64,000 nt of DNA from Felis catus (GCF_018350175.1 NC_058369.1:20338001-20402000), one strand, 5' to 3'; positions 13,188 to 26,762 are shown, counted from the stretch's first letter. Notes: generated by a model not told the origin, from the letters alone. Made by a program: numbers and translations.

Positions 13188-14261
13188 CCATATTCTTAAT
13201 TGGTTTACTGCTTTCCTGTCCGAAACACATTTACTGCCAGTTGGCTCTTTTGGCATTTATTTTCACTCATCTCTTATCCAGTAACTTGCATGAATTTCTT
13301 CATTTTTCCCTTCCCAATACCAGCTATCCTTCTGTTGTTCTTCCTGATTTGGGTGAAGGTATGCCTTTGTTCTTTGGAGTCATCCAGACTTCAAGCCTCA
13401 GAGTCCTATTTAATTCCTCCCTTTCCTTCCCGTCCAGCAATTGTTTGAGTTTTCCTTGGTAGTGCCTTACCCTTGCTCCATTCTTTCTGGTTTCTTTGCC
13501 TTCCTCTTAACCTAAGCCCTCCAGATCTAGTCCTGGATTGTGACAGCTGATTTTTTTCCCTCCATTCTTTCACCTTTGCAGTTCTGAAAGGATTGCCTTT
13601 CACCCTTCTCTCTCCAGTTAAAAATCCTTGTGTGGTTCCTGTATCTGAGGTTTCTAAAAGCCAGTTTTCAAATAGGGTCGTAATCATGTGTAGGACTTCT
13701 TTAAAGCATGTTAAGTCTTCAGAATAAAACTATGAGGCTGATGCTATTATTTGCAGTTTAGAGATGGGAAAATGGAGGCTTAATGAGACTGAGTCACTTA
13801 CACAAGATCACTATTGGTGGGAACTGGGGAACTATGTATTTTTAATAAGCTCTTCAGATTCTGATGCCCTGAAAACACCAGGTTTAGGAAACACCAGGCA
13901 GCCTTTAACTCCTTTTAGAATCCCTTCCCTAAATATCTTTGTGGTTCCAGTGACCCCACCATATCTGAAATTTTTGTAGCATTTGACTCTTGATTGTGCC
14001 CATCTTGCTGATGTATTTCCTGGTAGTGTACTTCCCTGGCTGGTTCTTTCTCTGCCTCTCAGACTTTCTGTGCAGGCTGCTATTCTCTACTCCCTCATGG
14101 TTTGGCCCATGCTTGGCTACCCTTTCCCTTCTACACATACTCCCTGAGTCTCTTCCATATTGGTGCTTCAGCTACCTGAATATGGTAGGAACACCCAAAT
14201 CTGTTTTTCTGACCCCAGTTCATTTTCCAGATATTTCTGGGATTTTACCATTAACGACACT

Positions 14262-14287
14262 TTATATAGAGAGAGTAGGGAAGGGGC

Positions 14288-14324
<37 letters not shown>

Positions 14325-14327
14325 ATA

Positions 14328-14388
<61 letters not shown>

Positions 14389-14517
14389 CCCAGGCAGGCT
14401 CCATGCTGTCAGCGTGGAGCCTGACGTGGGGCTCGATCCTAGGAACTGTGAGATCATGACCTGAGCCAAAGAAATCAAGAGTCAGATCCTTAACCAACTG
14501 GGCCACCCAGGTGTCCC
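14262..14517 (-). mobile_element. Can-SINE with duplicated/expanded (GA)n-GAATATCC segment
   Basis: Two (GA)n runs each followed by GAATATCC; approximate TSD ATTAAC(G/A)ACACT. Confidence 0.92.
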
Positions 14518-14569
14518 TATTAACAACACTATTATCTGCACCATTGTTTGAGCTGGAAACCTGGGCCAT

Positions 14570-14760
14570 GGATAAAAGCTTGGAGTCTGGAGTTAGAAGT
14601 CTGAGTTGAAATTGAATTCTACTACTCTCTAGCTGGGTAAAATTGGGACAGGCCACTTAACCTCTCTAAACCTTAGATTTCTTCTTTGTGGAATGGGGAT
14701 AACCTTACTTTCCTCATGGTATTGTCGTGAAGATACGATGAGAGAATGTTGATGAAACGT
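14570..14760 (+). mobile_element. MIR remnant
   Basis: TGGGACAGGCCACTTAACCTCTCTAAACCTTAGATTTCTTCTTTGTGGAATGGGGATAA core. Confidence 0.75.
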
Positions 14761-15521
14761 TTAACGATTTGGTTGATATTTATGGTGCCCTTCCTGTGTA
14801 CCAAGGACTGTGTTGGGTGCTGGGGAGATAGTGGTGAGTAAGGCTGCCCTCATGGGGCTCCAGTGGACTACTGAACCCTTACTGTTTTTTTCTTCTTAGT
14901 CTCTAATATTTCCTCTTTTCTCCTTTCTCATTGCCACTACTGTGGTTCAGGGCGTCCCCACCTTTTGCCAAGTGTTATAGCAGCTTCCTGCCTAATTTCC
15001 TTGCCTTCACACAGCCACCAGTGTTCCTTTTAAATTGGGAATTCAGATGATGCCACTTATCTTTCAGTGGCTCTCATTAGGGGCATATAGACTATGGGGA
15101 GCATTGCATAGAGATTGGTATCAAGTCCATTTCTGAGCACAGCAGAGAAGGACTCATGGTGTACTAGTTATATCTGCCAGAGACAGAGAAAGGAAAGTGT
15201 TACCAAGTGCCACATGTTTGCCAATCCTTGTATAGGACAAAGTTCAGGCTTCTTAGTAAGGTCTTCACGATACTGCTAGATCAGGATCTGGCCTGTCTGC
15301 TTCTCATCTCTTGCATTTTCCCCATTTATTCCCCCAACCTATATTCCCATGGACCTGGACTTCAGCATATGTCATTCTCTGAATGACTTCATCCTTCTCA
15401 AAGCTCTAATATTCAGATCCATTGCCTGCTCTGGAAAGCCTTCACCAGCTTTTCAAGACAAAATTATCTCCTCCATCCTGTAGAACCTTATTTGCTCCTT
15501 CCTTCCCTTCCTTCCTTCTTC

Positions 15522-16105
15522 TGAAATATAATTCACATATCATAAATTTCACCATTTTTAAGTGTTCAGTTGAGTGGCTTTTAGTACATTCACAAGGTTA
15601 TACAACCATTACCACTGTCTAATTCCAGAGCATCTCATTACTACAAAAAGAAAACCACGTTTATTAAGCCATCACTCCCTATTCTCCCTTTCCCCCCATC
15701 ACGTGGTAACCACCACTAATCCACTTTCTGTTTCTATGGGTTTGCCTATTCTGGGCATTTCAGGTAAATGGAATCAGACAGTATGTGGCCTTCTGTGACT
15801 GGCTTGTCTCACTTAGCATGATGTTTTCAAGGTTCATCCATGTTGTAGCATGTGTCAGTACTTCATTCCCTTTTTAGTTTATTTTGAGAGAGAGTGAGCT
15901 GGGGAGGGGCAGAGAGAAAGGGAGAGAGAGAATTCCAAGGAGGCTCCGTGCTATCACTGTGGAGCCCAACATGGGGCTCGAGCCCATGAACCATGAGATC
16001 ATGACCTGAGCCAAAATCAAGAGTTGGATGCTTAACCAACTGAGCCAGCCAGGTGGCCCTGGATGTACTACATTTTGTTAATCCATTTATCAGTTGAACT
16101 TTAGT
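15522..16105 (-). mobile_element. Old L1M-type 3' end fragment, interrupted by a Can-SINE (~15870-16059)
   Basis: TGAAATATAATTCACATATCATAAATTTCACCATTTTTAAGTG... and CACTTAGCATGATGTTTTCAAGGTTCATCCATGTTGTAGCATGTGTCAGTAC resemble L1MA/MB 3' UTR consensus. Confidence 0.85.
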
Positions 16106-16399
16106 CATGTGTTGTATTTGCCAGATTGCTCACAGTGTGTGCTTACATATCTGTGTCAGTTGATGGGATGATCCCTGAAGGGTTCTAGTCATCACTCTAT
16201 GTCCAGGATTCTCTCTGTGTATCTTCAGTGTCTACGAGTGCTCGTCAAAGGAGATGTTTAATAAGTATGTAGTGATGAATCATTTTATCTCCCTTTCCAG
16301 AAAACCTGATACATTCTGCCTTTTCAGTACTCCTCAGATCCAAGCCATGATTCCTATGTGGAATGTCCTCTCCTTCCCTCTTCACTTGTCCAGTTCTGT

Positions 16400-16512
16400 T
16401 GTTTTTTTTTTTTTTAAGATTTTATTTTTAAGTAATCTCTATACCCAACATGGGGCTCGAACCTGTGACCCCAAGATCAAGAGTTGGCACGCTCCACTGA
16501 CTGAGCCAGCTA
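16400..16512 (-). mobile_element. Short-type Can-SINE
   Basis: AAGTAATCTCTATACCCAACATGGGGCTCGAACC...GATCAAGAGT...ACTGAGCCAG. Confidence 0.88.
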
Positions 16513-17599
16513 GTTAAGACAAACTTAACCCCCTTGTTTGTCTAATTCTGCTTTGCTTCAGGGTTGTTTCAAGATCTGCCTCCTCCAGAATCCCTTCCAG
16601 CAGCATTTAAACCTCAGATGCTATTGCTTTCTTCTCTGAACTCTGGTGCATTTGGGGTCTCTATCATTCATTAGACACTTAATAAATATAATCTTAGCTC
16701 AGTCCTTAACTAGATTTACAGTAGGCCCACCAACACTGATTCCTTTTTTGCATTCCCAATAAAAAGGTATTGTAATTATGTAATGGAATTACATCTAACA
16801 TTTTACCTTACTCAAATTGAACTATTGTTTGCAAAAGGAGAAAAAAGAGAAAGAAATAATGACTTAAATAGTGAGGTAATTTCTACTCAGTGAGTGAGTA
16901 CCCACAGGCAGTGTATGCAGGCAATGTTGTTAATATGGTTGACAAAAATCTATAAATTTAAAGAATTCTTGATCATTTGCAGAAGAGAAGTTGTTAAAGT
17001 GGTATGGTGATGAGTTGGTAAGTATTGTACCAAAAAAAAAAAAAAAAAAAAGAATTGGGGGCCTTAGAGAATTGTTGACTTAAAAAGATTTGGAAATGAT
17101 GAGGAGGACGAATAAGGAAAGCTTGCTAGCTGGAATCTTCATACAATTGCTTGACTGGTCCAAGCAGCAAAACACATGAGGTTTAACTTCTGAACATTGT
17201 AACCCTTTGGAATTATTTTCAGTGTATATGTCTACATGAGTACATACATGAAACTATTTGTACTGTATTTATGTGGGCACTTGAATAGGTTTTTCAAGGG
17301 TGACTATTGATGGTCTTTTTTCAGATGCTGTTTAGGCCTTCATGTGAGCCCTAGCTAAGATGGGGCCCCTGTAGTAGGTACCCAGTTAATTATTGTTGGC
17401 AGTTTGAGCACATGGTTCCTGGATGTGGATATGAATAGGGGCATTCACAGCCTGGAAAATATGATGCTACTAAGGATGGGGATAAGGCCAAGGAGGATTT
17501 GTTCGCTGACAGTTTGACTTTAATGAAAATACATGTATAAAGGCAAAATGCTGATTTTACGATTATAAAGTAAAACAAAAGAAATAAAGAAAAATAACA

Positions 17600-18046
17600 T
17601 TTTTTAAAAGTTTATTTCTTCATTTTGAGAGAGTGCACACGAGCATGTGCACACATGAGCAGGGGAGGGGCAGAGAACGAGAGAGAGCAGAGCCCCACTC
17701 TGAGCTTGATCCCATGAACCTCAAGATCACCACTGGAGCCGAAATTAAGAGTCAGCCGCTTAACCAACTGGGCCACCCAAGTGCCCCTAACTTTTTGGTA
17801 AAACTCCCACCCAGAGATAAAAACAGTTAACCTTTTGGCGCATTTCCTTTTTTTTTTAATGGTTATTTTTGAGAGAGAGAGAGAGTGCATGCGAGCAAGG
17901 GAGGAGCAGAGAGGGGGTACAGAGATTCTGAAGTGGGCTCTGTGCTGAGGGCAGAGAGACCAATGCAGGGCTCGAATTCATGAACCACGAGATCATGACC
18001 TGAGCTGAAGTCAGATGCTTAACCGACTGAGCCACCCAGTTGTCCC
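17600..18046 (-). mobile_element. Two antisense Can-SINEs (~17600-17788, 17849-18046)
   Basis: Can-SINE motifs; TSD GCATTTCCTTT around the second. Confidence 0.93.
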
Positions 18047-18554
18047 AGTGCATTTCCTTTATTTCCTTCTTGTCTTTTTTTTTTTTCCTGTGCATATATA
18101 AATACTTGGATGAATGTTATTTTATTTTGTAAAGTGGGATTTAAATATTAATAAGCTTTTTGTGTGCTTTTTATTATAACATTATATTGTAAAAATTGTC
18201 TTGAAACTCTTACCCTGAAATTTGCTCTACTGTGTATATTCTCAGAGAGACCCTTCCTCTAACAGGTTAGAAGTCTTTTTGGCAGAGCCATCTGTTTCAT
18301 ATATTCGTATTTGTTCAGAACCTCACCAGGCCTGTTTTGCAAGCTCTGGTTAGGGCAAATTGGAATTCACCAATGCTCACTGAACCAGTGCTCTCAGCCC
18401 AAATTCTCCATCAGAGAGGCCTGTGGCACGGTCACATCTGTCAGATGGCCCCTGCTAGACTTGCTTTTCATCTATTGACTCTATAGTGGATATTTCAGGT
18501 TAAATGTTTTTAAAAACATTTTAGATGGTTAGAGGAAGGCTTGATTTTTTTCCT

Positions 18555-18583
18555 TTGTTGTTGTTGTTGTTGTTGTTGTTGTT
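18555..18583. repeat. (TTG)n microsatellite
   Basis: Read directly. Confidence 0.9.
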
Positions 18584-18922
18584 TTTTAATTAAAATTAAA
18601 ACCATGTGCTATGGCAGCATCTTAAAGAACAATTCCATGTCAAGGGCATTTTGGCCAGTTTTTCTCTCTTAAAGATTCACTTCTCATACTATTATTCCAT
18701 GAGTAAAAGTAGCAAAGAATGATGTGTTGTGGAGTATAAAATCCGTGTATTATGAGAAATCAAATCTATGAAGTAGTAACAGCATCAATAAAATAGCCTA
18801 TTGAAGTAGAAACTGTTAGTCTTTCATATTTAATGTGTTTAAGTTTTGTTTCCTCCGATATTCTTCCTTCCTCAGGTTATGTCTCTCAATCTATCTAGCC
18901 TGCCATAGGAGTCTTGAATCTG

Positions 18923-19139
18923 TTTTTAAAAATTTTTTATGTTTACTTATTTTGAGAGCAAGACAGACGGAATGTGAGCAGGGGAGGGGCAGAGAGGAGA
19001 CACAGAATCTGAAGCAGGCTCCAGGCTTTGAGCTGTCAGCACAGAGCCCGATATGGGGCTTGAACCCATGAACTGTGAGATCATGACCTGAGCCAAAGTT
19101 GGATGTTTAACCAACTGAACCACCCAGGGCAGGCATCCC
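18923..19139 (-). mobile_element. Can-SINE
   Basis: TSD AGGAGTCTTGAATCT on both sides. Confidence 0.95.
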
Positions 19140-20329
19140 AGGAGTCTTGAATCTTAACGTGGGTAGAACATTTGGTTCTTACTGCTTATATAAATTTCAT
19201 TTCTGGCTTAAAGGGAGACTATCTGTGTCCTGGATATTTTTCTTTTAGTAACTGTGGTGTCTTATGCTTGGTAACTTTTTGCCCCACCTGTCTGCTGGAG
19301 ATCTGAACTGATATATTCCAGAGCCCTATTTGTTTCTTCTGGGAGTGGGCCTTTTGGTGTATGTTATTCTCACTGTCTGTGCGTTCTCTCTCCTACTGTT
19401 TTATTCACTCATTGTAGATTTGGGTTATCCAGTTTTGTCTGGTTGGAATGCCTATTTTCTGGGCTTGGGGCCAATTTTTTACTTAACTTTTGGGTAAAAC
19501 TGTACAGTATCCTAGCTGCTGTCTGCAGAGATGAGCTCTCCAAAAGCAGTTTTATTTGTTTAGAAACCAGATAGCACATATTATGGTGGAAGATGTTATA
19601 CACATGCTGGAAAGAAAAACAGGCTCTCCCTAAGTGGAACATTGATTGTCTATATGAGAACCAGCATACTGCTGTGTACTGGGATGTCTCACATACTAGT
19701 GTTTTCAAATGGGCTCGAGCTGCGATAAGACTGTAGTGTTTTCATGAGAAACGTTGTAAAATAAGTTACACATCTGTGTAGGATCTGTGTTGTGCTAGGT
19801 TGTTAAGGGTTTATTGTGTTGCTGGGTCATATGCTTTGTGAACCCTTACTGCACCTGAAGTGTAGGTGTCATTACCCAGATGGGGAGAAGGTAAGTAATT
19901 TGTCCCAGTTAAGTAACGCCATTAACCTGGGTCTCTCTGACATCAAAGAGCTTCCACTCTGTGATATACCTACTGTCTCTTCAGCATTGCTGATAGTAAA
20001 AGCTGGGATATGCATGACATCTGGTCTCCAGCCTGGGCTGATGTCTGAGGAAGAGGTGACAGTGCCACCCTAGCCACTGGTTAGGGAAACCTGGAAGAGA
20101 AGCCTCTTGTGTCTTTTACTCTTGTTGAGGCTTGAAGAACAGCACTCCTTTAGCTCTTTATTTTACCTCCTAAATAGTTCTCAAGTCTCGCCTTTCCTCT
20201 GGCTTTTTAACTGGCTCTATTTCCTGTCTTTTATTCCATCTTCACATTTCTTCCAGCAAATTTTTCTCCCAGACCATGCTTTGAACTTACCACATGCTAA
20301 ATACTGAGCTGTGTTATCTTCATAATACA

Positions 20330-20500
20330 GTTTACACTTATATTAATTCCCCACTTGAGCCTCTTAATAATCCTTGAAGGTAGGGGGTACCTCCATTTTA
20401 CAGGTGAAGAAACCATGGCCCAGAGAGGTTAAGTGATTTGCCCAAGGTCACAGTAAAAAATGAGCTGGGATTTGTTTTTGGTTTGAAACTGCATATACCT
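20330..20500 (-). mobile_element. MIR remnant
   Basis: CCATTTTACAGGTGAAGAAACCATGGCCCAGAGAGGTTAAGTGATTTGCCCAAGGTCACA core. Confidence 0.8.
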
Positions 20501-21811
20501 GTTCTTTTATCCAACATTCTGTGGTGCAGAGTGATCTTTATAAAAGACAGATCTGATCATGTCGTTCTGATCTTCTTGTAGGCTAAGATCCAATCTCCTT
20601 AGCATGTATTCAGGGTGCTCCATGACCTTTGCGCTCTTACTTCTCCAGGCTCATTTTCTACTCTTTCCTCATACTTCCCACTTTATGCTCCAATAGTACA
20701 AATGTCTTGGATTCCCTTTAGCATATTCTGCTCTTCCTTGTCTTTGAATTATTGCTTATAGAGTTCCCTGTCTTTGAACTCTTGCCTCCTCTTCCCTGGT
20801 CATCTCCGATCCCCATCTCTAGTCTTCCCCACCCCACCCCCATACCTAACTCTGCCCAACTTTTCCTTCAAAACTCACTTTGGGCCTCACTAACACTTGA
20901 TCTGACCTGTGTTTGTGCTTTACCTTTGTGTCCCCACTAGATAGTAGTTGTTAATAAGTTTTTGTTGAGCTGAACAGAATTTTTAGACATGTGACTATCT
21001 AAAAAGACATTCCAGAGACCATCAAGCTTCCACAATGATGAGTTGTTTTGTCAGTTTTAATAACTGGGAGTAGCTAAGGTCAATTTTGGATAGGAGGGAT
21101 GTAACGTGTTACTAAAAACAGAGCTTGGGGTTTTTCTGATTTTGGCACTTGGATGTGTTAGAACTGTGTTTTGCAAAATCATCTTTTTCTTCCTTTTAAA
21201 AATTGGACCTCTACTGCTACACAGGATTCTTTTCACTAGTACCCTTGGAGGTTGTAATCCTTAAGTTATAGCTTTGGTTTCATGTGGTGATTGAGCTTTC
21301 CAAGTACTGGTTCTCAGTCATCACTTCTTTCTCTGAAGCTTCACAGAACAGCCCGATCCAAGATCTCAGAGCCTCTTTATGTCAGTGTACAGAGAATGTG
21401 TGTTTTAGTAAAAGAACCTCTTGGTTTGTAAAGTCATGGGCTCTGCGCCTTCCTCTCCCCACCCAGCCCCAGTGTGTTTATCACAAATCACAAGGGTCAG
21501 CAGTTAGAATGTAGTGATACCATAGCATTTGCCTTATCATTTTGTTGAGAGGGTTTTTCTTTTTAACTGTTTTCTGTGTGTAAGCATTTGGTAGTACATT
21601 TAGTGAATTTTAACTGATTGTTAAGTCTGCAGATAATGAAAGTATTGACTTTCCCTGATACTGGAAAAGGCCCAGGTGTGGGAGGATTAGTTACTAGGTG
21701 GTAGAGTATCAGCTTGTCCTCCACAGATCATAATCCCTTTCCTTTCACTAATGTTCCTCAATTCCCTAAATAATCTGTGGCTATTTTCAAATCTTCCTTA
21801 AAAATCGATTA

Positions 21812-22209
21812 CAGTAGTCCCCCTTTACCAGTGGGGGATATGTTCCAAGGGCCCCAGTGGATGACTGAAGCCACAGATAGTACCAAACTCTACATATGCT
21901 GTGTTTTTTTCTTATACATACATACATACCTATGATAAAGTTTAATTTTATAAATTAGGCACAGTAAGAGGTTAGCAGTAAAAAATGATAAAATAGAACA
22001 ATTATAACAATATACTACAATAAAATTATGTGAATGTGGTCTTTTTCTCTCAGAATATCTTACTGTATTGCACTCACCCTTCTTGTGATGATGAGAGATG
22101 ATAAAATGTCTATTTGATGAGCTGAGGTGAGGTAAATGCTGTAGGCATTGTAACATAGTATTAGGCTACTACTGACCAGAAGGAAGACCTTCTGATAAGT
22201 AGATTACTG
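21812..22209. mobile_element. MER44/Tigger7-type (TcMar-Tigger) non-autonomous DNA transposon, internally deleted
   Basis: TA|CAGTAGTCCCCCTTTACC... left end and ...GATAAGTAGATTACTG|TA right end (degenerate TIRs, TA TSD). Body matches recalled MER44 consensus (CATACCTATGATAAAGTTTAATTT..AAATTAGGCACAGTAAGAG). Confidence 0.85.
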
Positions 22210-25200
22210 TACTTCCTGTCAAGTTTGGAGGCAGCCTAGATGGAGACACCTTTTCGAAAACAAAATTAAATAATTGAGCTAGTGATGTGTTTTTCAGGAT
22301 TTTGAGTCAACTGGCTATAGCATCTTTCTCCTGGTGTTAATGTGTTGTGTAGATAAGCCTTCCAAAGTGTTTGAAGCTGCTGCCAGGTCCTAGTAAGGAC
22401 TCAGGAAATCTCTAGGCCAGGAATATCTTTTCCAGAGCAATGAAGGAATTTGTCTGTGCCTTACACAGGAAATCAAATGCCTACCGTGGGCCACAATTAG
22501 AATACAGTAGACTTGGCGTCCCCCATTACATGTAACTGAAGATGTGAGATTTGTCATCCAGGATGCCTAACCAAATGTAAACAGAGCAAGAAATTAAAAA
22601 TGGACTAGGTAAGAAGTATAAGAGGTGCTCTTGGAGTCTTCCTTCCCTTTAACTCTCTAAAGAAGAGGCTAATTAATATTCTTGGGGTTCAGTAAGCATG
22701 GATATTGGATTCTTATCTAAACCAGAGATAGGCTATTGAAGAAACTAGCCCAGATGTGATATTATAATAGGGGAAAAAGAGTTAAAGAGAGGCAGTTAGA
22801 GCTGTGCGGGAGCATGGAGTGCATGTTATGTATATGTTTATAATAGGATGCTGTTAAGAAACCACTTTTCATTTGAGGATCATGTTTGATTCCTTTCTAC
22901 AAATCCAAATGGGAGAAACTTTATTTCTTCTCATTTTGTTGATGACAGTGGAGGGTATGAGACTCCCGAAGGCAGTGTCTAGAGGTGAGGACAGAGAGGC
23001 CTTTTCACTCCTGTACACTACTGAGTTTAATTGCCAGTCTCAGGTGCTCTGGGAAGCCAACATAAATTGCATGGATTGAGCTTCAACAACGTGTATAAAT
23101 ATTAAACCATCTTAGTCTTTCAGATTCTTTTCTATATTTTATTTTTTAAAATTTATATCCAAGTTAGCATATAGTGCAACAATGATTTCAGGAGTAGATT
23201 CCTTAATGCCCCTTACCCATTTAGCCCATCCCCCCTCCCACAACCCCTCCAGTAACCCTCTGTTTGTTCTCCTTATTTAAGAGTCTCTTATGTTTTGTCC
23301 CCCCCCCCCCCGTTTTATATTATTTTTACTTCCCTTCCTTTGTGTTCATCTGTTCTGTGTCTTAAAGACCTCATATGAGTGAAGTCATATGATATTTGTC
23401 TTCCTCTGACTAATTTTGCTTAGCATAATACCCTCTGGTTCCATCCACATTGTTGCAAATGGCAAGATCTCATTCTTTTTGATTGCCGAGTAATACTCCA
23501 TTGTGTATATATACCACGTCTTCTTTATCCATTCATCCATCAGTGGACATTTGGGCTCTTTCCATACTTCGGCTGTTGTTGATAGTGCTGCTGTAAACAT
23601 TAGGGTGCATGTGTCCCTTCGAAACAGCATACTTGTATCCCTTGGATAAATGCCTAGTAGTACAATTGCTGGGTCGTAGGGTAGTTCTATTTTTAATTTT
23701 TTGAGGAATCTCCATACGTTTTCCAGAGTGGCTGCACCAGTTTGCATTCCCACCAGCAGTGCAAAAGAGATCGATCCTCTTTCTCCACATCCTCGCCAAC
23801 ATCTGTTGTTGCCCGAGTTGTTAATGTTAGCCATTCTGACAGGTGTGAGGTGGTATCTCATTGTGGCTTTGATTTGTATTTTCCGGAAGATGAGTGATGT
23901 TGAACATTTTTTCATGTGTCAGTCGGCCATCTGGATGTCTTCTTTGGAGAAGTGTCTATTCATGTCTTTTGCCCATTTCTTCACTGGATTATTTGTTATT
24001 TGGGTGTTGAGTTGGATAAGTTCTTTATAGATTTTGGATACTGACCCTTTATCTGATATGTCCTTTGCAAATATCTTTTCCCATTCTGTCGGGTGCCTTT
24101 TAGTTTTGCTGATTGTTTCCTTCACTGTGCAGAAGCTTTTTCTTTTGATGAGGTCCCAGTAGTTCATTTTTGCTTTTGTTTCCCTTGCCTCCGGAGACGT
24201 GTTGAGTAAGAAGTTGCTGCAGCCGAGATCAAAGAGGTTTTTTCCTGCTTTCTCCTCGAGGATTTTGATGGCTTCCTGTCTTACTTTTAGGTCTTTCATC
24301 CATTTTGAGTTTATTTTTGTGTATGGTGTAAGAAAGTGGTCGAGGTTCATTCTTCTGCATGTCGTTGTCCAGTTTTCCCAGCACCACTTGCTGAAGAGAC
24401 TGTCTTTATTCCACTGGATATTTTTTCCTGCTTTGTCAAAGATTAGTTGGCTATACGTTTGTGGGTCCATTTCTGGGTTCTCTGTTCTGTTCCATTGATC
24501 TGAGTGTCTGTTTTTGTGCCAGTACCATACTGTCTTGATGATTAGGGCTTTGTAGTATAGCTTGAAGTCCGGGATTGCGATGCCTCCTGCTTTGGTTTTC
24601 TTTTTCAAGATTGCTTTGGCTATTTGGGGTCTTTTCTGGTTCCATACAAATTTTAGGATTGTTTGTTCTAGCTCTGTGAAGAATGCTGGTGTTATTTTGA
24701 TAGGAATTGCATTGAATATGTAGATTACTTTGGGTAGTATCGACATTTTAACAATACTTGTTTTTCCTATCCAGGAGCATGGAATCTTTTTCCATTTTTT
24801 TATGTCGTCTTCAATTTCTTTCATAAGCTTTCTATAGTTTTCAGTGTATAGACTTTTCTCCTCTTTGGTTAGATTTATTCCTAGGTGTTTTATGGTTTTT
24901 GGTGCAATTGTAAATGGGGTTGATTCCTTGATTTCTCTTTCTGTTGCTTCAGTGTTGGTGTATAGGAATGCAACTGATTTCTGTGCATTGATTTTATATC
25001 CTGTGACTTTGCTGAATTCATGGATCAGTTCTAGCAGTTTTTTGGTGGAATCTTTTAGGTTTTCCACATGGAATATCATATCATCTGCAAAGTGTGAAAG
25101 TTTGACCTCGTCCTGGCTGATTTGGATGCCTTTTATTTCGTTGTGTTGTCTGATTGCAGAGGCTAAGACTTAAAATACTATGTTGAATAACAGTGGTGAG

Positions 25201-25525
25201 AGTGGACATCCCTGTCTTGTCCCTGACCTTAGGGGGGAAGCTGTCAGTTTTTCTCCATTGAGCATGATATTAGTATTGGGTCTGTCATATATGGCTTTTA
25301 TGATCTCGAGGTATGATCCTTCTATCCCTACTTTCTTGAGGGTTTTTATCAAGAAAGGATACTGTGTTTTGTCAAATGCTTTCTCTGCATCTATTGGGAG
25401 GATCATGTGGTTCTTGTGCTTTCTTGTATTGATGTGGTGAATCACATTGATTGTTTTGTGGATATTGAACCAGCCCTGCATCCCAGGTATGAATCCCACT
25501 TGGTCATGGTGAATATATATATATA

Positions 25526-25765
25526 TTTCTTTTTTAATTTTTTTTTTATTTTTAATTTTTTTTTCAACGTTTATTTATTTTTGGGACAGAGAGAGACAGA
25601 GCATGAACGGGGGAGGGGCAGAGAGAGGGAGACACAGAATCGGAAACAAGCTCCAGGCTCTGAGCCATCAGCCCAGAGCCTGACACGGGGCTCGAACTCA
25701 CAGACCGCGAGATCGTGACCTGGCTGAAGTCGGACGCTTAACCGACTGCGCCACCCAGGCGCCCC
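25526..25765 (-). mobile_element. Young CpG-rich felid SINE inserted into L1 copy A
   Basis: Near-consensus sequence; TGAATATAT duplication; L1 ORF2 resumes on both sides. Confidence 0.96.
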
Positions 25766-26108
25766 ATGAATATATTTTTTAATGTATTATTGGATCTGGT
25801 TGGCCAATATCTTGTTGAGGATTTTTGCATCCGTGTTCATCAGGGAAATTGGTCTATAGTTCTCCTTTTTAGTGGGGCCTTTGGTCTGGTTTTGGAATCA
25901 AGGCAATGCTGGCTTCATAGAAAGAGTTTGGAAGTTTTCCTTCCACTTCTATTTTTTGGAACAGCTTCAAGAGAATAGGTGTTAACTCTTCCTTAAATGT
26001 TTGGTAGAATCCCCTGAAATGCCATCTGGCCCTGGACTCTTGTTTTTTGGGAGAGTTTTGATTACTAATTTGATTTCTTTACTGGTTATGGGTCTGTTCA
26101 AATTTTCT

Positions 26109-26333
26109 TTTTTTTTATTATTTTTTTTAACATTTATTTATTTTTGAGAGACAGAGAGCGACAGAGCATGAGCAGGGGAGGGGCGAAGAGAGAGGGAGAC
26201 ACAGAATCCAAAGCAGGCTCCAGGCTCCAAGCTATCAGCACAGAGCCTGATGTGGGGCTCGAACTCACAAACCACAAGGTCATGACCTGAGCCAAAGTCG
26301 GATGCTTAACCGGCTGAGCCACCCAGGTGCCCC
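26109..26333 (-). mobile_element. Can-SINE inserted into L1 copy A
   Basis: TSD CTGTTCAAATTTTCT on both sides. Confidence 0.96.
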
Positions 26334-26762
26334 TGTTCAAATTTTCTGTTTCTTCCTGTTTCAGTTTTGGTAGTTTATGTTTCTAGGAATTTGTCCATTT
26401 CTTCCAGATTGCTCATTTTATTGGTGTATAATTGCTCATAATATTATTCTCTTACTATTGTTTTTATTTCTGCTGTGTTGGTTGTTGATCTCTTCATTCT
26501 TGGTTTTATTTATTTGGGTCCTTTCCTTTTTCTTTTTGATCCAACTGGCTAGTGGTTTATCAATTTTATTAATTTTTTCAAAGAACCAGCTTCTGGTTTC
26601 ATTTTCAAAATCTTTTCTAATTGAAATTAGGACCTTTTGTCTGCAGAGTTGCTTAACACTGGTGTTACTGGACCCCACTTGTCTTGTTTTTAACGAAAAG
26701 AGGCTTTGGGGAGTAGGAGTGTAGTTTCCTTGGGAAGTGACTATCTTTCCCCAAGAGTAGTG

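Larger units (their letters stand above)
23135..26603 (-). mobile_element. 5'-truncated felid L1 (copy A): ORF2 RT/C-terminal region + 3' UTR, defective, interrupted by two SINEs
   Basis: ORF2 fragments in the track (25170-25499, 23919-25079, 23385-23915) and T-rich tail. TSD TTCAGATTCTTTTCTA (23119-23134) / TTCAAAATCTTTTCTA (26604-26619), 14/16 match. Premature stops present. Confidence 0.97.

Noticed and set aside
12063..13196. Short direct repeats separated by longer spacers (CRISPR-like pattern)
   Set aside because: The repeats are retrotransposon target-site duplications and the spacers are SINEs; eukaryotic intron with no cas genes.
16880..17500. Possible L3/CR1 remnant
   Set aside because: Only a few short phrases resemble CR1 consensus; too degenerate to call without an HMM search.
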